Source of the DNA: Fonticula alba ATCC 38817
Taxonomy: Eukaryota > Protista > Nucleariida
NCBI GenBank assembly: GCA_000388065.2
Contig: KB932207.1
Direction: 5' to 3' (one strand)
DNA: 64,000 nt
Part shown: one piece after another, positions 1-12,900 of the stretch
How positions within the stretch are numbered: position 1 is the stretch's first letter
Layout: each line of letters opens with the position of its first letter
Position numbers and translations under genes: made by a program
The notes under the pieces: generated by a model
What the model saw: only the letters and a program-made list of their open reading frames with translations
Told to the model about the DNA's origin: nothing
Database searches by the model: none

Positions 1-3000
1 CAGACGAGGGGGCGCCACTTGGCTCATCCTCCTACAAAGAGGCGCGCAGGCAGACACACACACACACATGCACGTATGTAGGGGGCGCATTCACGCACAG
101 CGAGTCAGATCCCGACACCGGGAGGGGCAGCCAGGGGCAGAAAGAGACGCGGGGGAACCGCAGAAGGGCCAAATGCGAATGGACCAAAGGGCAAGATCGA
201 CAGCCGGGCACGGCTCAGCACGGACCAAATCCTCCGGCAGTTGGGCCTGCAGGGAGCTTTCCACTTCGTAATCGGCCGCGTGGCTGCGCTGCACACGGCT
301 CTCCAACGCCGCGCGGGCCGACTCATGCAGCAAGTCCATCTCGTCACGGATGTGCGCGTCATCCGAGTCCGAGCCGTCGTCCGCCAGGCCCTGGTGCTGG
401 AAGGCAATCAGGCGATGGAGGCGGCTCTTCTCGGCGCCAGGGTCCGAGGCAGCGGCGCCGCGGCCCGGCGCGGGCCGGCTGGTGTCCGAAGCAAACAGCC
501 CGGCCGAGCCGCGTGACGCATCGAACGCCTCGCGTGCCCGGCGCTCGACCTCCTTCATGTCGATGTCGCGGCGTTCTGCGCGCACACGGTGTGTGCGTGT
601 GCCGGGAATGAAAAAAACAAAAAAGAATAAAAGAAAAGAAGGCCCAATCAACGGGGAGACAACGGTCAGAGGGGCAGCGCGCAGAGCAGCATCCAATTAG
701 GGCACCGGCAAACGCACCGTCATCAACGGCATGGGTGCCGGGCCCGGTCCGGGTCGCTGGGAGACTCGGGGGTGCGGGAGCTGGCGCGCCGGCCGGCGGT
801 AGGGCGAACATGCTGCCATGGGGGATCCCCGTACCGAGGTCAGTCACAGATGGCCCGCCCACAAGCAGGCAGCGAGCATTTCTTTCGTTCTTGCTCTCCC
901 TCTCCCTCCCTCTCTATCCCCCCTCTCAGGGTCCGTGAGAAGCACCCGGCGCATGTCACGCACTCGTCATCATCGTCGTCATCTCCCCCCTCACCAAACA
1001 GACCCGGCGCGTCGTCCTCCTCCGAGCCATTGCCCAGTTGGCGCCGGAGGCGACTGACAATGGCGTCATGGTCGGCCGGCTGAGGGGCAGCCTTCTGGGC
1101 AGCCTCCCGCTCAGCAGCCTCCCTCTCGGCAGCAGCAGCAGCAGCAGCAGCGGCGGCGGCGGCGGCCTGTTGTTCCTCCTGGGCACGGCGGGCCGCGCGG
1201 GCTTCCTCCTCCCGGCGACGACGCACCGCGGCCGTCGCCTGCTGCAGGGAGCTGACGCCAAGCTGGCTGCCGGGGCCGCGCGCGCGGCCCCCCTGCTCCG
1301 AGGCCGAGGAGGCGCCCCCGGGAACCGACCCAGACCGGCGGGCGGCCGAAAACAACTGCGACACGCGCTCGATCAGCAGCTCATTGATGCTGTCCAGCGT
1401 CTCGCTCAGGGAGTCGGTGACCAGGTTCGAGCGGACCAGCGACACGGGGACCGCATTCACGTGGTCCCCCCCGGCGTCCTCCTCCTCCTGGGATTGACCA
1501 GGAGCCAGGTTGTACGTGAGGTAGGTCCGCCGGACGCGGTCCTTCGGCAACATGGCGAGGCTGTGGCCAGGGGGCGCACCGGCCGGGAGCCCGGGAGGCG
1601 GAAAGGGCGGAGGCGGTCTTTGGTCAGTCGGCCCCGCGGTCTGACATGGGCACATCATGTGCGCCTTCCAGTGCGCACCTGGAGCCGGTATCCACCCCCG
1701 GGGCCTGTGGGGCTTGCTGCTGTTGCTGCTGCTGGCCGCGCAGGGCCTGTGCCACGATGCGCTGGACGATCGGGTCGGTGGAGGTCTCGGCCGCGGCGCG
1801 CTCCGACGCCCCGAGGGTGCCGTACTTGCGCCGAAGCTTCTCATTCATTTCGCGCTCAGCGGCCTCGCGCTGTGCATCGAGGGCCTTGCGCCTGCGCGGG
1901 CCAGGCCGGACGAGCGGAGGGTTATGGTTGTCAATATGGAATCAGCCAAAGGGGGGGGGGGGGGGNNNNNNNNNNNNNNNNNNNNNNNNNNNNNNNNNNN
2001 NNNNNNNNNNNNNNNNNNNNNNNNNNNNNNNNNNNNNNNNNNNNNNNNNNNNNNNNNNNNNNNNNNNNNNNNNNNNNNNNNNNNNNNNNNNNNNNNNNNN
2101 NNNNNNNNNNNNNNNNNNNNNNNNNNNNNNNNNNNNNNNNNNNNNNNNNNNNNNNNNNNNNNNNNNNNNNNNNNNNNNNNNNNNNNNNNNNNNNNNNNNN
2201 NNNNNNNNNNNNNNNNNNNNNNNNNNNNNNNNNNNNNNNNNNNNNNNNNNNNNNNNNNNNNNNNNNNNNNNNNNNNNNNNNNNNNNNNNNNNNNNNNNNN
2301 NNNNNNNNNNNNNNNNNNNNNNNNNNNNNNNNNNNNNNNNNNNNNNNNNNNNNNNNNNNNNNNNNNNNNNNNNNNNNNNNNNNNNNNNNNNNNNNNNNNN
2401 NNNNNNNNNNNNNNNNNNNNNNNNNNNNNNNNNNNNNNNNNNNNNNNNNNNNNNNNNNNNNNNNNNNNNNNNNNNNNNNNNNNNNNNNNNNNNNNNNNNN
2501 NNNNNNNNNNNNNNNNNNNNNNNNNNNNNNNNNNNNNNNNNNNGGGAAAACGCACTGCCGAGGGGCAGCCGGCTGCTGCCTTTTACCCGATGACGAGGAG
2601 GAGGACGACGACGACCAGTGCCGGGGAGTGGATGCAACCGAGGCCCCAGGGGCCGGAGTGCGTCTGATTGACCGGCCGCCGGAGGGAGGGACAGCTGCGG
2701 GTGTTAGTCGCGCGCGCCGGCGCACAACCGCGAGCGGCGGACAGAGGGGGTCAAGCGCACCGGGCATGTGGCGGGGCCAGGGAGGCCGCCGAGGGGGTCA
2801 TGAGAATTCGGCGGAAGTCATCCTGGCTCAGGCCGCCGGGGGCTCTGCCGTGCCGGGGGGGTCCAGTGGCCGGGGAATGTGCGTCAGCATGGGGGACCAA
2901 AAGAGAAGGGGACAGGGGCAAAACAGGCACGAAGGCTGCGGCGGTGACGAGTGTGCGCGCACTTGGTCTCGGGCACCGCGAAGCCCGATGGGGCCGAGGG

Positions 3001-3051
3001 ATTGGCCGACGGGCCGTCCTTCTTCCCGGGGGCATCGGACGACGAGGACAT
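1..3051 (-). CDS. IK: IK/RED-like spliceosomal protein (SMU1 partner), multi-exon; 3' end runs off the window start
   Basis: Seen: ATG at 3051 (MSSSSDAPGKK), donor GTGCGC at 2962, then an exon encoding LSQDDFRRILMTP (cf. human RED LTNEDFRKLLMTP). Further exons encode RKALDAQREAAEREMNEKLRRKYG and RTYLTYNL...VPVSLVRS...INELLIERVSQLFS (cf. RED IPTTLIRS...TNDIVISKLTQILS). The N-gap 1966-2543 lies inside the gene, so the exon structure is uncertain. Confidence 0.72.
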
Positions 3052-3651
3052 CTTTCGCTCGAGACGTCGGGGCTGGGCGCGCGCGCGCGCGTGTGTGTAC
3101 GTGTGTGCGAATGCGCGAGGAGGGGCCGGAGGTGGCAGGCAGGAGGACGAGTGGGCGGGCAAAGAGGGGCGGGCGGGCGGGCGGGAGGGCGGGCGGGAGG
3201 CGGCGAGATGGAGTTGCTCTGCCCCCTCGGGCCCGCTCCGCAGGGGCCGCCACACGTCTGATGCCCTTCAATCGGGCCGGGCGTGCGGGTGCGTTGGGAC
3301 CTCGGGCGCCGATCGCACGGCCCACCACCGTGGGGCCCGGAGGCGAGGCGCAGGAGGAAGACCGGCGGCGCCCGGGCGGGGCTGGCACAGGTGACAATCT
3401 AGAACCAGATCTAGATCCTCCCAGGCGGCTGGCCGCCCGTCTGCGCACATGCGTGCGCGTGGATGGGCATGCCTTGTGCCGGCCGCCCGGCGGGTCTCGG
3501 TGCGTCGCCCCCACGCGGGCCTCCCCCGCCCCAGCGGAGCCGGCGGCTGATCAGAGCCCCGACCGCCGGGGCCCCGAGCCCTGCTTTGCCTCACTTCTCG
3601 CTGATCCTCCCTGTCGCCTTCCTCTGCCAGCCACCTCTCCTTGGCGCGCTC

Positions 3652-3785
<134 letters not shown>

Positions 3786-3824
3786 GCACCCCACCCCCTC
3801 CTGCAAGTGACCGACTGGACTAGC

Positions 3825-5242
3825 ATGGTCGACCCGGCTACCATCTCGCCGGCACGCTGCGCCGGTGGCCCAGCCCGCGTGCTGGTCATCGACAGCCACG
3901 ACTCCAACACCCAGAACCTGGTGGACATCCTCCGAGGCGCCCTACCGGCGGGGTCGGCGGTGGTGGTGGTGCCGGCAGACGCCACGACGGCCACGGCGGC
4001 CGAGGTGCTGGCGTGCCTCGGCGTCGGGCAGTGCCCCTGCCAGCAGCCGGCCACCAGCGGCCGGTGCATTGATGCGATCTTCCTGTCCAATGGGTCGGGC
4101 CATGGCGGCGGCCTGTCCCCCGGGGGCCTGGTGTCGCTGGTGACGCGGGCCGCCATGCCGCGGGCTGACTGGCCCCCGGGGCCGGACCCGGTGGGGGCGG
4201 CCCTGGCGCGTCTGGTCCCCGAGGAGGCCCTCGGCCCCGGGGCCGGGCGGCTCCTCGACCAGCCGGTCTTCGGCATCGGCCTGGCCTTCCACCATCTTGC
4301 TCACCAGTATGGGCTGCCGTTGCGGAATGACGCGCCGCCGATGCACGGTCTCACGGCCGAGGTGGCCTTCGGCCCGGGGCGCCTGGACCCCGGCGACCCG
4401 GGAGCCGGGGTCTTCCTGCCGGCCGGCCGGCGAGGCTCGGCGGACTTTGTCAATCCGCCTCCCTGGGCCGATGGCCCGGGTGGCGGCTTTGGTGGCAATG
4501 TCACCGGGCCGGATGCCGCCCCCTCCCCGGTCACGGTCATGACCTACCAGTCGTACTTCGTGGATGTCCCGGCCGCCGGGCACCCTCTCCGCGCGGTGGG
4601 TGTTTACCGGGCCCCTCTGGACCGGGTGGCCGCGGTCAAGCACCATGCGGTCCCCCTCTTCGGCGTGCAGTTCCAGCCTGACGTATGTCCTCTTCTTCTT
4701 CTCCTCCTCCTCCTCCTCCCTCCTCGCGCCCTGACCCCGGTCGTGCCGACGAATCGCGATCCGAACGCACGGGCGCCGGCCTGTTCGCCTGCTGGCCTGC
4801 CTGTCCGCCCGGGCATCCGCTCACCCGTCCGCCCGTCCGAACCCCACCCGCATGCGTGTGGCACCAGTCGGTTGGCACAACCGGCGGCGCCGACATGATC
4901 CTCAACTTTCTGAGGCTGTACCTGCCCGCGCGGCAGCGTGAGCGCACGTCGCTGGCCTTCTGTCGACTGGACGCGCTGGTCGCAGCCCCGGCCCCGGCCC
5001 CGGCCCCGGCTTCATCCCCGCTGGACCTGCAGTGCCGGTGGCTGCGCCTGCGCCCGGGCGTCGACAGCCCGGCCTGCCTGACCAGCGAGCTGGTGTTCGA
5101 CCTGCTGTACGCCGATGCGCCGTCAGCCGTGTGGCTGGATTCGAACATGGTGCGCGCCATGGCTCCCTCGCTCCCCCCTCCCCTTTGCCCCTCTGCGCCC
5201 GGGCAGCCCTCGGTCCCGGCCGCCGGGCACTCTTGCGCGCCA

Positions 5243-5286
<44 letters not shown>

Positions 5287-5944
5287 CCACGACTGACCCG
5301 CGGTGCACCCGGCGCTCGAAACAGTTCCAGCCCCCGGCCCTCGGGCGCTTTTCCTTCATGGCGTCCGCCACGTCGGCCCTACATGCAGGTCCCCTGAGCC
5401 ACCGGGTGTCCTTCCGCCTGGCGGATGGCCATGTGGCGGTGACCGGCCTCCGGGGCCCGCTGGTGGAGGAGCGTCTGCTGTGCCCTTCGCAACTGCGCCA
5501 GGCCCGGGCCACCGGCGCCCAGGGTGCCGATCGGCTGCTGGCCCTGCCGGCCGGGTGGGACTTGTACGCCTGGCTCGGGGCCCACCTGGACCGGGTGCGG
5601 GTGTCCTCCTTCCTGGAGCATGGCCAGCCGGCTGGCCAAGCGTCCCGCACCGCGGCCAGCCCGCTGCCCTTCAACTTTGTCGGTGGCCTACTTGGGTACC
5701 TGGGCTACGAGCTGGGCAACTCGGTGGTCGGGCTGCCGGCGGCGGCGGGCCCGGACCCGGGGACCGGGCACTGTCTCCCGGTGTCGCCGGCCCTGCCGGA
5801 CGGGGACCTGGTCTTCGTCGACCGGTTCCTGGCCTTCGACCATGTGGATCGCAGCATCTACATTGTGGAGCTGGTGCCCGAGGTGTGTGGGCCCGCCGAG
5901 CCGGCTGGCCGGGCCTGCTGGCTGGACATGGTGGCCGGCATGCT

Positions 5945-5977
<33 letters not shown>

Positions 5978-6671
5978 TGGTGGAAGCCCGCGGGTGGCGG
6001 GCGACTTCGAGGCGCAGGCCGGCCGGCGGCTTGGGACGGCTGCCCTGGCGGCGGATCGCCTGCTCGCGCGCGACCTCGCCGGGCTGATGGCGCAGGTGCC
6101 GGCCGACGCGCGGACCCTGGCGCTGCCGGTGGCCGGGGCCGAGCCGCGGCCGGCGGCCGTCCTGGAGCTGGCCCGATCCCGGGCCGAGTACCTGGCCGAT
6201 GTGCGCTTCATCCAGGACCTCATCGCCACCGGGGAGGTGTACCAGATTTGCGCGACCACGCAGCTGGGCCTGACCGGGGCCCGGCTGCTGGGGCCCGGGC
6301 CGGACGGCCGGGATCGCCTGGCCGCGGCGTATCGGCAACTGCGTGCCGTCTCCGGCTCGACGTACGGGTCGCTGTTGCGCCTGGATCCCGGGGTTGCGGT
6401 GCTGTCCTTCTCGCCGGAGCGCTTCCTGCAAGTGGACCCGGCCGGGCAGGTGGTATGCCGGCCGATCAAGGGGACGGCCCCGCGCGGACGCACCCCGGCC
6501 GAAGACCGGGCCCTGGCCACCGGGCTCCTGGCGTCGGTGAAGGATCGCGCGGAGAATGTCATCATCGCGGACCTGGTGCGCGGGGACCTGGCTCCGATCA
6601 GCCGGCCCGGGTCGGTTCGGATGTTGGGCAGCCGGCCCGGGCCGCCGCCCGTGGCCTCGCCATGCGCCCCC

Positions 6672-6714
<43 letters not shown>

Positions 6715-7247
6715 ATGTGGCCCCGGGCGAGGGGAGCTGGCTGCGTGTGGACCAGACGGCGCACGTGCACCAGCTTCTGTCGGTCATCGGCGCGCAAGTG
6801 GCCTCGGGCCGGGCGCTGGACGCGGTGCGGAGCTGCTCGCCGCCCGGGTCCATGACCGGGGCCCCCAAGCGCCGGGCAGTGGAGTACCTGTCGGGCCGAG
6901 TGCCGGGGGCGGCGCGGCCGCTGGAGGGCCGCCAGCCGCGGGGCATCTACTCCGGGGCCATCGGGTACCTGGGCCTGCGGACAGCCGAGCCGGGGGCCGT
7001 GGAGCCGGTGGACCTGTCGGTGGTCATCCGGTCGGCGGTGGTGATGGCCGCCGAGGGCGGTCCCTCGGAGACCCGGGCTGCCGGCGCCCCGGGCCCGGCC
7101 GATCGCCTGTGGCTCGGGGCCGGCGGCGCCGTGACGGCCCTCTCCTCGCCGGAGGACGAATTCCACGAGGCCATGCTGAAGGCGGCTTCCGTGCTGGCCG
7201 GGATCCTGGCCCTCCAGCCGCGGGAGGTGTTCTTCCCGGTGCCCTAG
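3825..7247 (+). CDS. ABZ1: Fused PabA-PabB 4-amino-4-deoxychorismate synthase (ABZ1-like); exons 3825-4682, 4868-5149, 5325-7247; GATase domain degenerate
   Basis: Seen: N-terminal RVLVIDSHDSNTQNL (class I GATase start), MHG and GVQFQPD|S. The C-terminal chorismate-binding domain has WLDS, GRFSFM, GGLLGYLGYEL, SPERFL, PIKGT (6462-6476; the Lys is PabB-type, versus PIAGT in TrpE), KDRAEN, GSMTGAPK, RGIYSGAIGY and GAGG...EDEFHEAMLKA. The introns (GTATGT..CAG, GTGCGC..CAG) join in frame. Confidence 0.92.
5243..5288 (+). repeat. (CCTG)n microsatellite in ADC synthase intron 2
   Basis: Seen: about 11 tandem CCTG units directly before the CTGAC branch point. Confidence 0.9.
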
Positions 7248-7454
7248 GCGCCGCCGTCGCCGTGACGCCCTGCCTGGTGTCCGCCCCCCCCCNNNNNNNN
7301 NNNNNNNNNNNNNNNNNNNNNNNNNNNNNNNNNNNNNNNNNNNNNNNCCCCCCCCGATCCTGTGTCACAGAGACAGGGGACGAGAGAGGGGGAGGGAGCG
7401 AGAGCAGTGGCCCAGCTAACCAGTTGGCAGCCTCTCGTGGCACATGCCCGGCCC

Positions 7455-7460
7455 AATAAA
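7455..7460 (+). terminator. Candidate polyadenylation signal for the ADC synthase
   Basis: Seen: AATAAA about 210 nt after the stop in very GC-rich sequence. Function is inferred. Confidence 0.4.
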
Positions 7461-8688
7461 CCGGTGGGATTAATGTCGTCTTAACTGGGCCCGGGCGCGG
7501 GAGAGATCACGCGAGTGGGCGTGATCGGCGTTTCACCCTTTTTTCCGATGAGCCCCCCTGGCGCCGGGGGGCGTGCAGGCGGAACAGGCGCGGCCATAGA
7601 TGCTCTGCCCCACGGAAGAGCTCCCCCGTCCCCTCGCGGCGGGCGGGACGGGGTGGGGCGGGAAAAAAAAAGGAGCCATGCGCCCGGAGTATCCACGCGC
7701 GCCGGGTCCCGAGCCAGCCGCGGGGCCGGGGGGGGGGGGGGGGGCGGGCAGGCGACGGGAGGGCGCGGCACGGGGAGGTCCTTGAGCTAGCGCGACCCCC
7801 CAGCCAGGGGCATGCCTTGCTGGGAATCCCCAGCGCACCCGCCCACACGCACGCACCTCTGGGGGGGGGGGGGGAGGGGGAGGGGGGGGGGGGGGGGGGG
7901 GGGGGAGCGGGCGGCGGGTGGCGGGTGGCAGGGGCGCGCATGCCGGTCGGGAGTGTGTGTCGCCACGCGAACGCCCACCGCCCGGGGAGGGAGGAACACG
8001 GGCGGCCTGGGCCGGGCGCGCTCGTGGTCTGGTGTGCAGGCCCGGCGTGCGCGGGAGCACGCGCGTGCGCCTGGACGGCATCGGTCCGCCCCTCGGGGCC
8101 GGCCGCCAACGCTCCCTCGGGCGATTCTCCCGCCGGAAGTGCAATGATTCCCACATCCGGCCGAGGGTGCCGGCGAGGCGTGGCCGCCAGCGCAGGGGGC
8201 CCGGCCCGGGCCGGGGGGGGGGCGGGGGGCGGGATGCCGGCCGGGCGTCCCGGCGCACTCGGCGCACGGCAGGCTCTGTGCCAACTTTCCGCCCTCACGT
8301 CCCCCCCACGGACAGTGGAGGCCTCTCTTGGGGGCGCGGGAGCGAGATCGACCGCCGGCCACAGGCCAGCCTTTCAGCCCTGCCGGTGTGCGGCGGCCGA
8401 AGATCCCGCCCGGCTGCCGCTCCCCAAACAAAGCCCCGGGCCGCGGCGGGCTCAAGAGGACGCGGAGCGCCTTCTCACGTCTGGCCGGGGGACGAGAGCG
8501 CGGGGGGGGGGGCGGGACACCCAAATCGGACCCCAGCCTCGGGGATCTCAACTGGTCGGGGAAATAGCCTGCTGGTCGATGCGCCGGACCGTCCCACCCC
8601 TCCCTATCCCCCTTCTCCTTCCCTCCTCCTTCTCCTTCCCTCCCCCTTCTCCTCCCCTCCTCCCCCTTTCCCTCATCCCCCCGTCAGT

Positions 8689-8921
8689 ATGACCGGCACA
8701 ATCGCGGACCCTCAAGTCCCGGCGCCGGGCTCCGCCAACCCGGAGCAGTCGCGCAAGCGCGCGGCCTCGGACGACAGCGCCTCCGACGGCATGGAGCAGG
8801 TTTCCTCGCGGCAGATCGCGCGCAAGCGCAAGAAGCTCATGAAGCTGGCCGTGCGTGCAGTTGCCCGGCATTCTGTCTGCCCCCCGCCTTCTCACTGACC
8901 TGTCCCCCTCTTTTTGCATGG

Positions 8922-8956
<35 letters not shown>

Positions 8957-9959
8957 CTCCCTCTTCGCCCGCCAACCCGAGCAGGAGCCACCATCGCTCA
9001 CCATCCACGACCAGTCGCGCGTGTACAAGATGAAGGTTCGCGCCTGTCTCCCCCTCCTTTGCTTCCTCCTCTCGCCCCCCCTTCTCCTTCGCCTCCCCAC
9101 CTCCCGCACACGCTGCATACACAGCCCTTCCCCTCTGACGCCCTCATGCTCGAATGCGCAGGACATCCGCGATCTGGTCCTGTGGACCATCGGCGAGGGG
9201 GTCAACACCCCATGGGTCTTGATCCGGCAGAAGCACCACATCCGCCGGGTGGTCATGGCCGTGGCCACCGGGCTCAACCTGCGGGACCCCCAGCAGCAAG
9301 AGGCGCTGCCGGTGCTGCGTCAGCTGTTCGGCGCGCCGGCCGACTTCCAAGCGGCCGGGTCGACCGCGCGGCCCTTCGCCTGCCTGGATGAGACGGCCTC
9401 GGTCGAGTGCGACCAGAATCCCGAATGCGCCGGGGCTGGGACGGCGTCCGGCGAGGGCGACAAAGCCGCCGAGGCCGGGGCCAGCGCCGCGGCCGACGAC
9501 GCCCAGCACCAGAAGCGCGGCTGGTGGGTGCGCACGTGCGCCCCCGGCGAGAAGACCCGCATCTATCACTCCGTGTCGGCTCTGCTCCAGTGCGAGCTGA
9601 CATCCGAGGACAAGAAGGCCCGGCGCGCGTGGGCGCTGGAGCAGCAGGCCAAGCAGCCTGGCGCCGGGCCGGCGTTGGCCGACGATGCCAGCCCCACCAC
9701 CGCCGCCTCGACGGACGCCGCCCCTGCCTCGGCCGGTACGTCGCACTCCCCTGTCGCTGCCGCTGCCGCTGGTGCCGCTGGTGCCGCTGGTGCCGCTGGT
9801 GCCGCTGGTGCCGCTGGCGCCGCTGGTGCCGCTGGTGCCGCTGGTGCTGGTGATGCCACCGCCGCCACTGCCACCGCCGCCACCGCCGCCACCGCCGCCA
9901 CTGCCACCGCCGCCACCGCCGCCACCGCCGCCACCGCCGCCACCGCCGCCACCGCCGCC

Positions 9960-9992
<33 letters not shown>

Positions 9993-12900
9993 ACCACCAC
10001 CACCACCACCACCACCACCACCACCACCATGATGGAGGATCAGCAGCCGGAGGATGTGCTCACCTCGATCGCCAGCCTGCGCGAGCTCTCCGCCCAGCGG
10101 GACCAGTACTACTACCGGATGTTGCTGGCCCTTGAGGCGCACCAAGAGCGCGCTGCTCGCATCCAGGGTACCTCCCCGGGGCCGCTGCTCTTTGCTGGGC
10201 CCCCCGGCTTCGGGCCTGGCTTGCCGCCCGGTGTGGTTCCCGGTGTGGTGCCTGGTGGGGTGCCTGGCCTGGCGCCGGGTCCGGCGTCTGGCCCAGCGCC
10301 TGGGTCGCTGCCCGGCATGGCTCACGGCTTCGCGCGCGGTCCACTGGCGGGTCCTTTCTCTTCCACGCTTCCTGCTGGCAGTGGTGCTAATCTTCCCATG
10401 AATGTGCTCCCACGTCCCCCCCTTCCGGGCGTCCATCCGCCCACCGCTCTCTCCTCTTCCTCCTCCGATTCGTCCTCCTCCTCCGATTCGTCCTCCTTCT
10501 CCTCCTCCTCCGATTCGTCATCCGCCGATTCCTCCTCCTCCTCCTCCTCCTCGGATTCCTCCTCCTCCGATTCCTCCGATTCCTCCGATTCCTCCAACTC
10601 CTCCGACTCCTCCGACTCCTCCAATTCGGATTCCGACTCGGATTCCCCTCCGGATTTCCCGCTCCCCCCGACATTGCCTCCTCCGCCACCGGGCTTCGCC
10701 CTGGCCATGCTGCGGCCTGTCACGGGTGCCCCGCCCCGTCGCCTGCCTTCCGCCGCCTCCGCTTCTACCACCGCCGCCGGTTCTATCGCCTCCACTGCTG
10801 CCGCCTCCGACGCCGCCTCCGACTCCGCCGCCGCCGCTACTCCCACTGCCCTGGTCAACGTCCCCCCTTCGGCTACTGGGCCGGTTTCGCGACCCCCAAT
10901 GCGACCCTCCTTTCCCATGCCGCCGCCGCCGCCCCCTCATGGCCTCATGATGCCCCCTCCACATGGCTTCATGATGCCCCCCCCGCCGTTTGGGCACATG
11001 CCTCCGCCCGGCTTCCCCTTTCCCTTTCCCCGGCCTCCCTTTCCCTTCCCCCCGGCGGGCATGCACTTTGATCCGTCACGGCTTCCGGTTCCCCTGCCAC
11101 TGCCGTTGCCACTGCCGCTGCCACTGCCGCTGCCTCCACCGTGTGCCAATGCCAAATCCCCGCAACAAGCCGCCCGCGATCAGGTCCTCAATATGATGGT
11201 CTTGTCGAAGGAAATCCTGCGCGCCAACAACTACTTCCTTCTGGATGACATTTCCTCGGCGGATGTGGTGGATGCCGAGTCGCCAGCGGCGCATCGGCCG
11301 CCCGTGGGCTTCGGCCCCGGCGCCCCGGCCCCGACCAGCCCCCTGCCGGCGGCGTCCCTGAAGCCGGTTCCCTTCGTGGCCAGCGCGGCCGCGGTGGCCG
11401 ACGCCGGGACCGAATTCGACGGCCCGCTGACCGTTCGCGAGGAGGATCTGATTGCCATCGACTGTGAGATGGTGCGGCTGCCCCTCCCCCTCCCTACATA
11501 CACGCGCGCGCGCGCATATGTCCATCAGCAGTCTGTTTCTCCTTTCCAGTCTGCCCCCTTGGGCTAACCCCCACCCCCCCTCCCCCGCATGCGCGCACGC
11601 TTATCGTCTTGCCCCCTCTCGCGAAATCCACCAGTGCATGACTGAGGCCGGCCAAGAGCTGACGCGCCTGTCGGCCGTCAATCACAAGCTCGAGGTCCTG
11701 GTGGACATCCTGGTCAAGCCGTATCGGCCGATCATCGACTACAATACCAAGTACGTAGCGCCATTCGGCTATCTCGCTTCGCCACGCGTCCGACCCTCTC
11801 TCTCCTTCTCTCTCTCTCCTTCTCTCTCTCTCTCCTTCTCTCTCTCCTTCTCTCTCTCCTTCTCTCTCTCCTTCTCTCTCTCCTTCTCTCTCTCCTTCTC
11901 TCTCTCCTTCTCTCTCTCCNNNNNNNNNNNNNNNNNNNNNNNNNNNNNNNNNNNNNNNNNNNNNNNNNNNNNNNNNNNNNNNNNNNNNNNNNNNNNNNNN
12001 NNNNNNNNNNNNNNNNNNNNNNNNNNNNNNNNNNNNNNNNNNNNNNNNNNNNNNNNNNNNNNNNNNNNNNNNNNNNNNNNNNNNNNNNNNNNNNNNNNNN
12101 NNNNNNNNNNNNNNNNNNNNNNNNNNNNNNNNNNNNNNNNNNNNNNNNNNNNNNNNNNNNNNNNNNNNNNNNNNNNNNNNNNNNNNNNNNNNNNNNNNNN
12201 NNNNNNNNNNNNNNNNNNNNNNNNNNNNNNNNNNNNNNNNNNNNNNNNNNNNNNNNNNNNNNNNNNNNNNNNNNNNNNNNNNNNNNNNNNNNNNNNNNNN
12301 NNNNNNNNNNNNNNNNNNNNNNNNNNNNNNNNNNNNNNNNNNNNCTCCCTCCCGCTCTCCCTCCCGCTCTCCCTCCCGCTCTCCCTCCCGCTCTCCCTCC
12401 CGCTCTCCCTCCCGCTCTCCCTCCTGCTCTTGCTCCCTCGTCCCTTCCCGTCCTTCACGTGGGTGTAGGTTCAGCGGCATCACCGAGGAGATTCTGGCCC
12501 CGGTGACCGCCCGTCTGGCGGATGCCCGGGCGGCCCTGCTGAAGGTCATGAGCCCGACCACGGTGCTGGTGGGCCACTCGCTGGAGAATGACTTGTCGGC
12601 CCTGCGGCTGTTACACTCGCGAGTGATCGACACGTCGGTGGTCTACCACCACACCCGAGGGCCGCCCTTCAAGGCAGCCCTCCGGTGGCTGGCCGAGCGC
12701 CATCTGAAGATGACCATCCAGACGGGCACCCGGTCGCCGGATCTGCCGGCCCCAACGGCCATCCCCGGCGGCCTGGCGGCCGACGGGCACGACTCGGTCG
12801 AGGATGCCTGCGCCACCATGAAGCTGGTCCTGCTGAAGGCCCAGCGGGGCTTCCAGTATGGCCTGGCCAAGGAGGAGACCGAGTCCCTCTTCCGGCGTTT

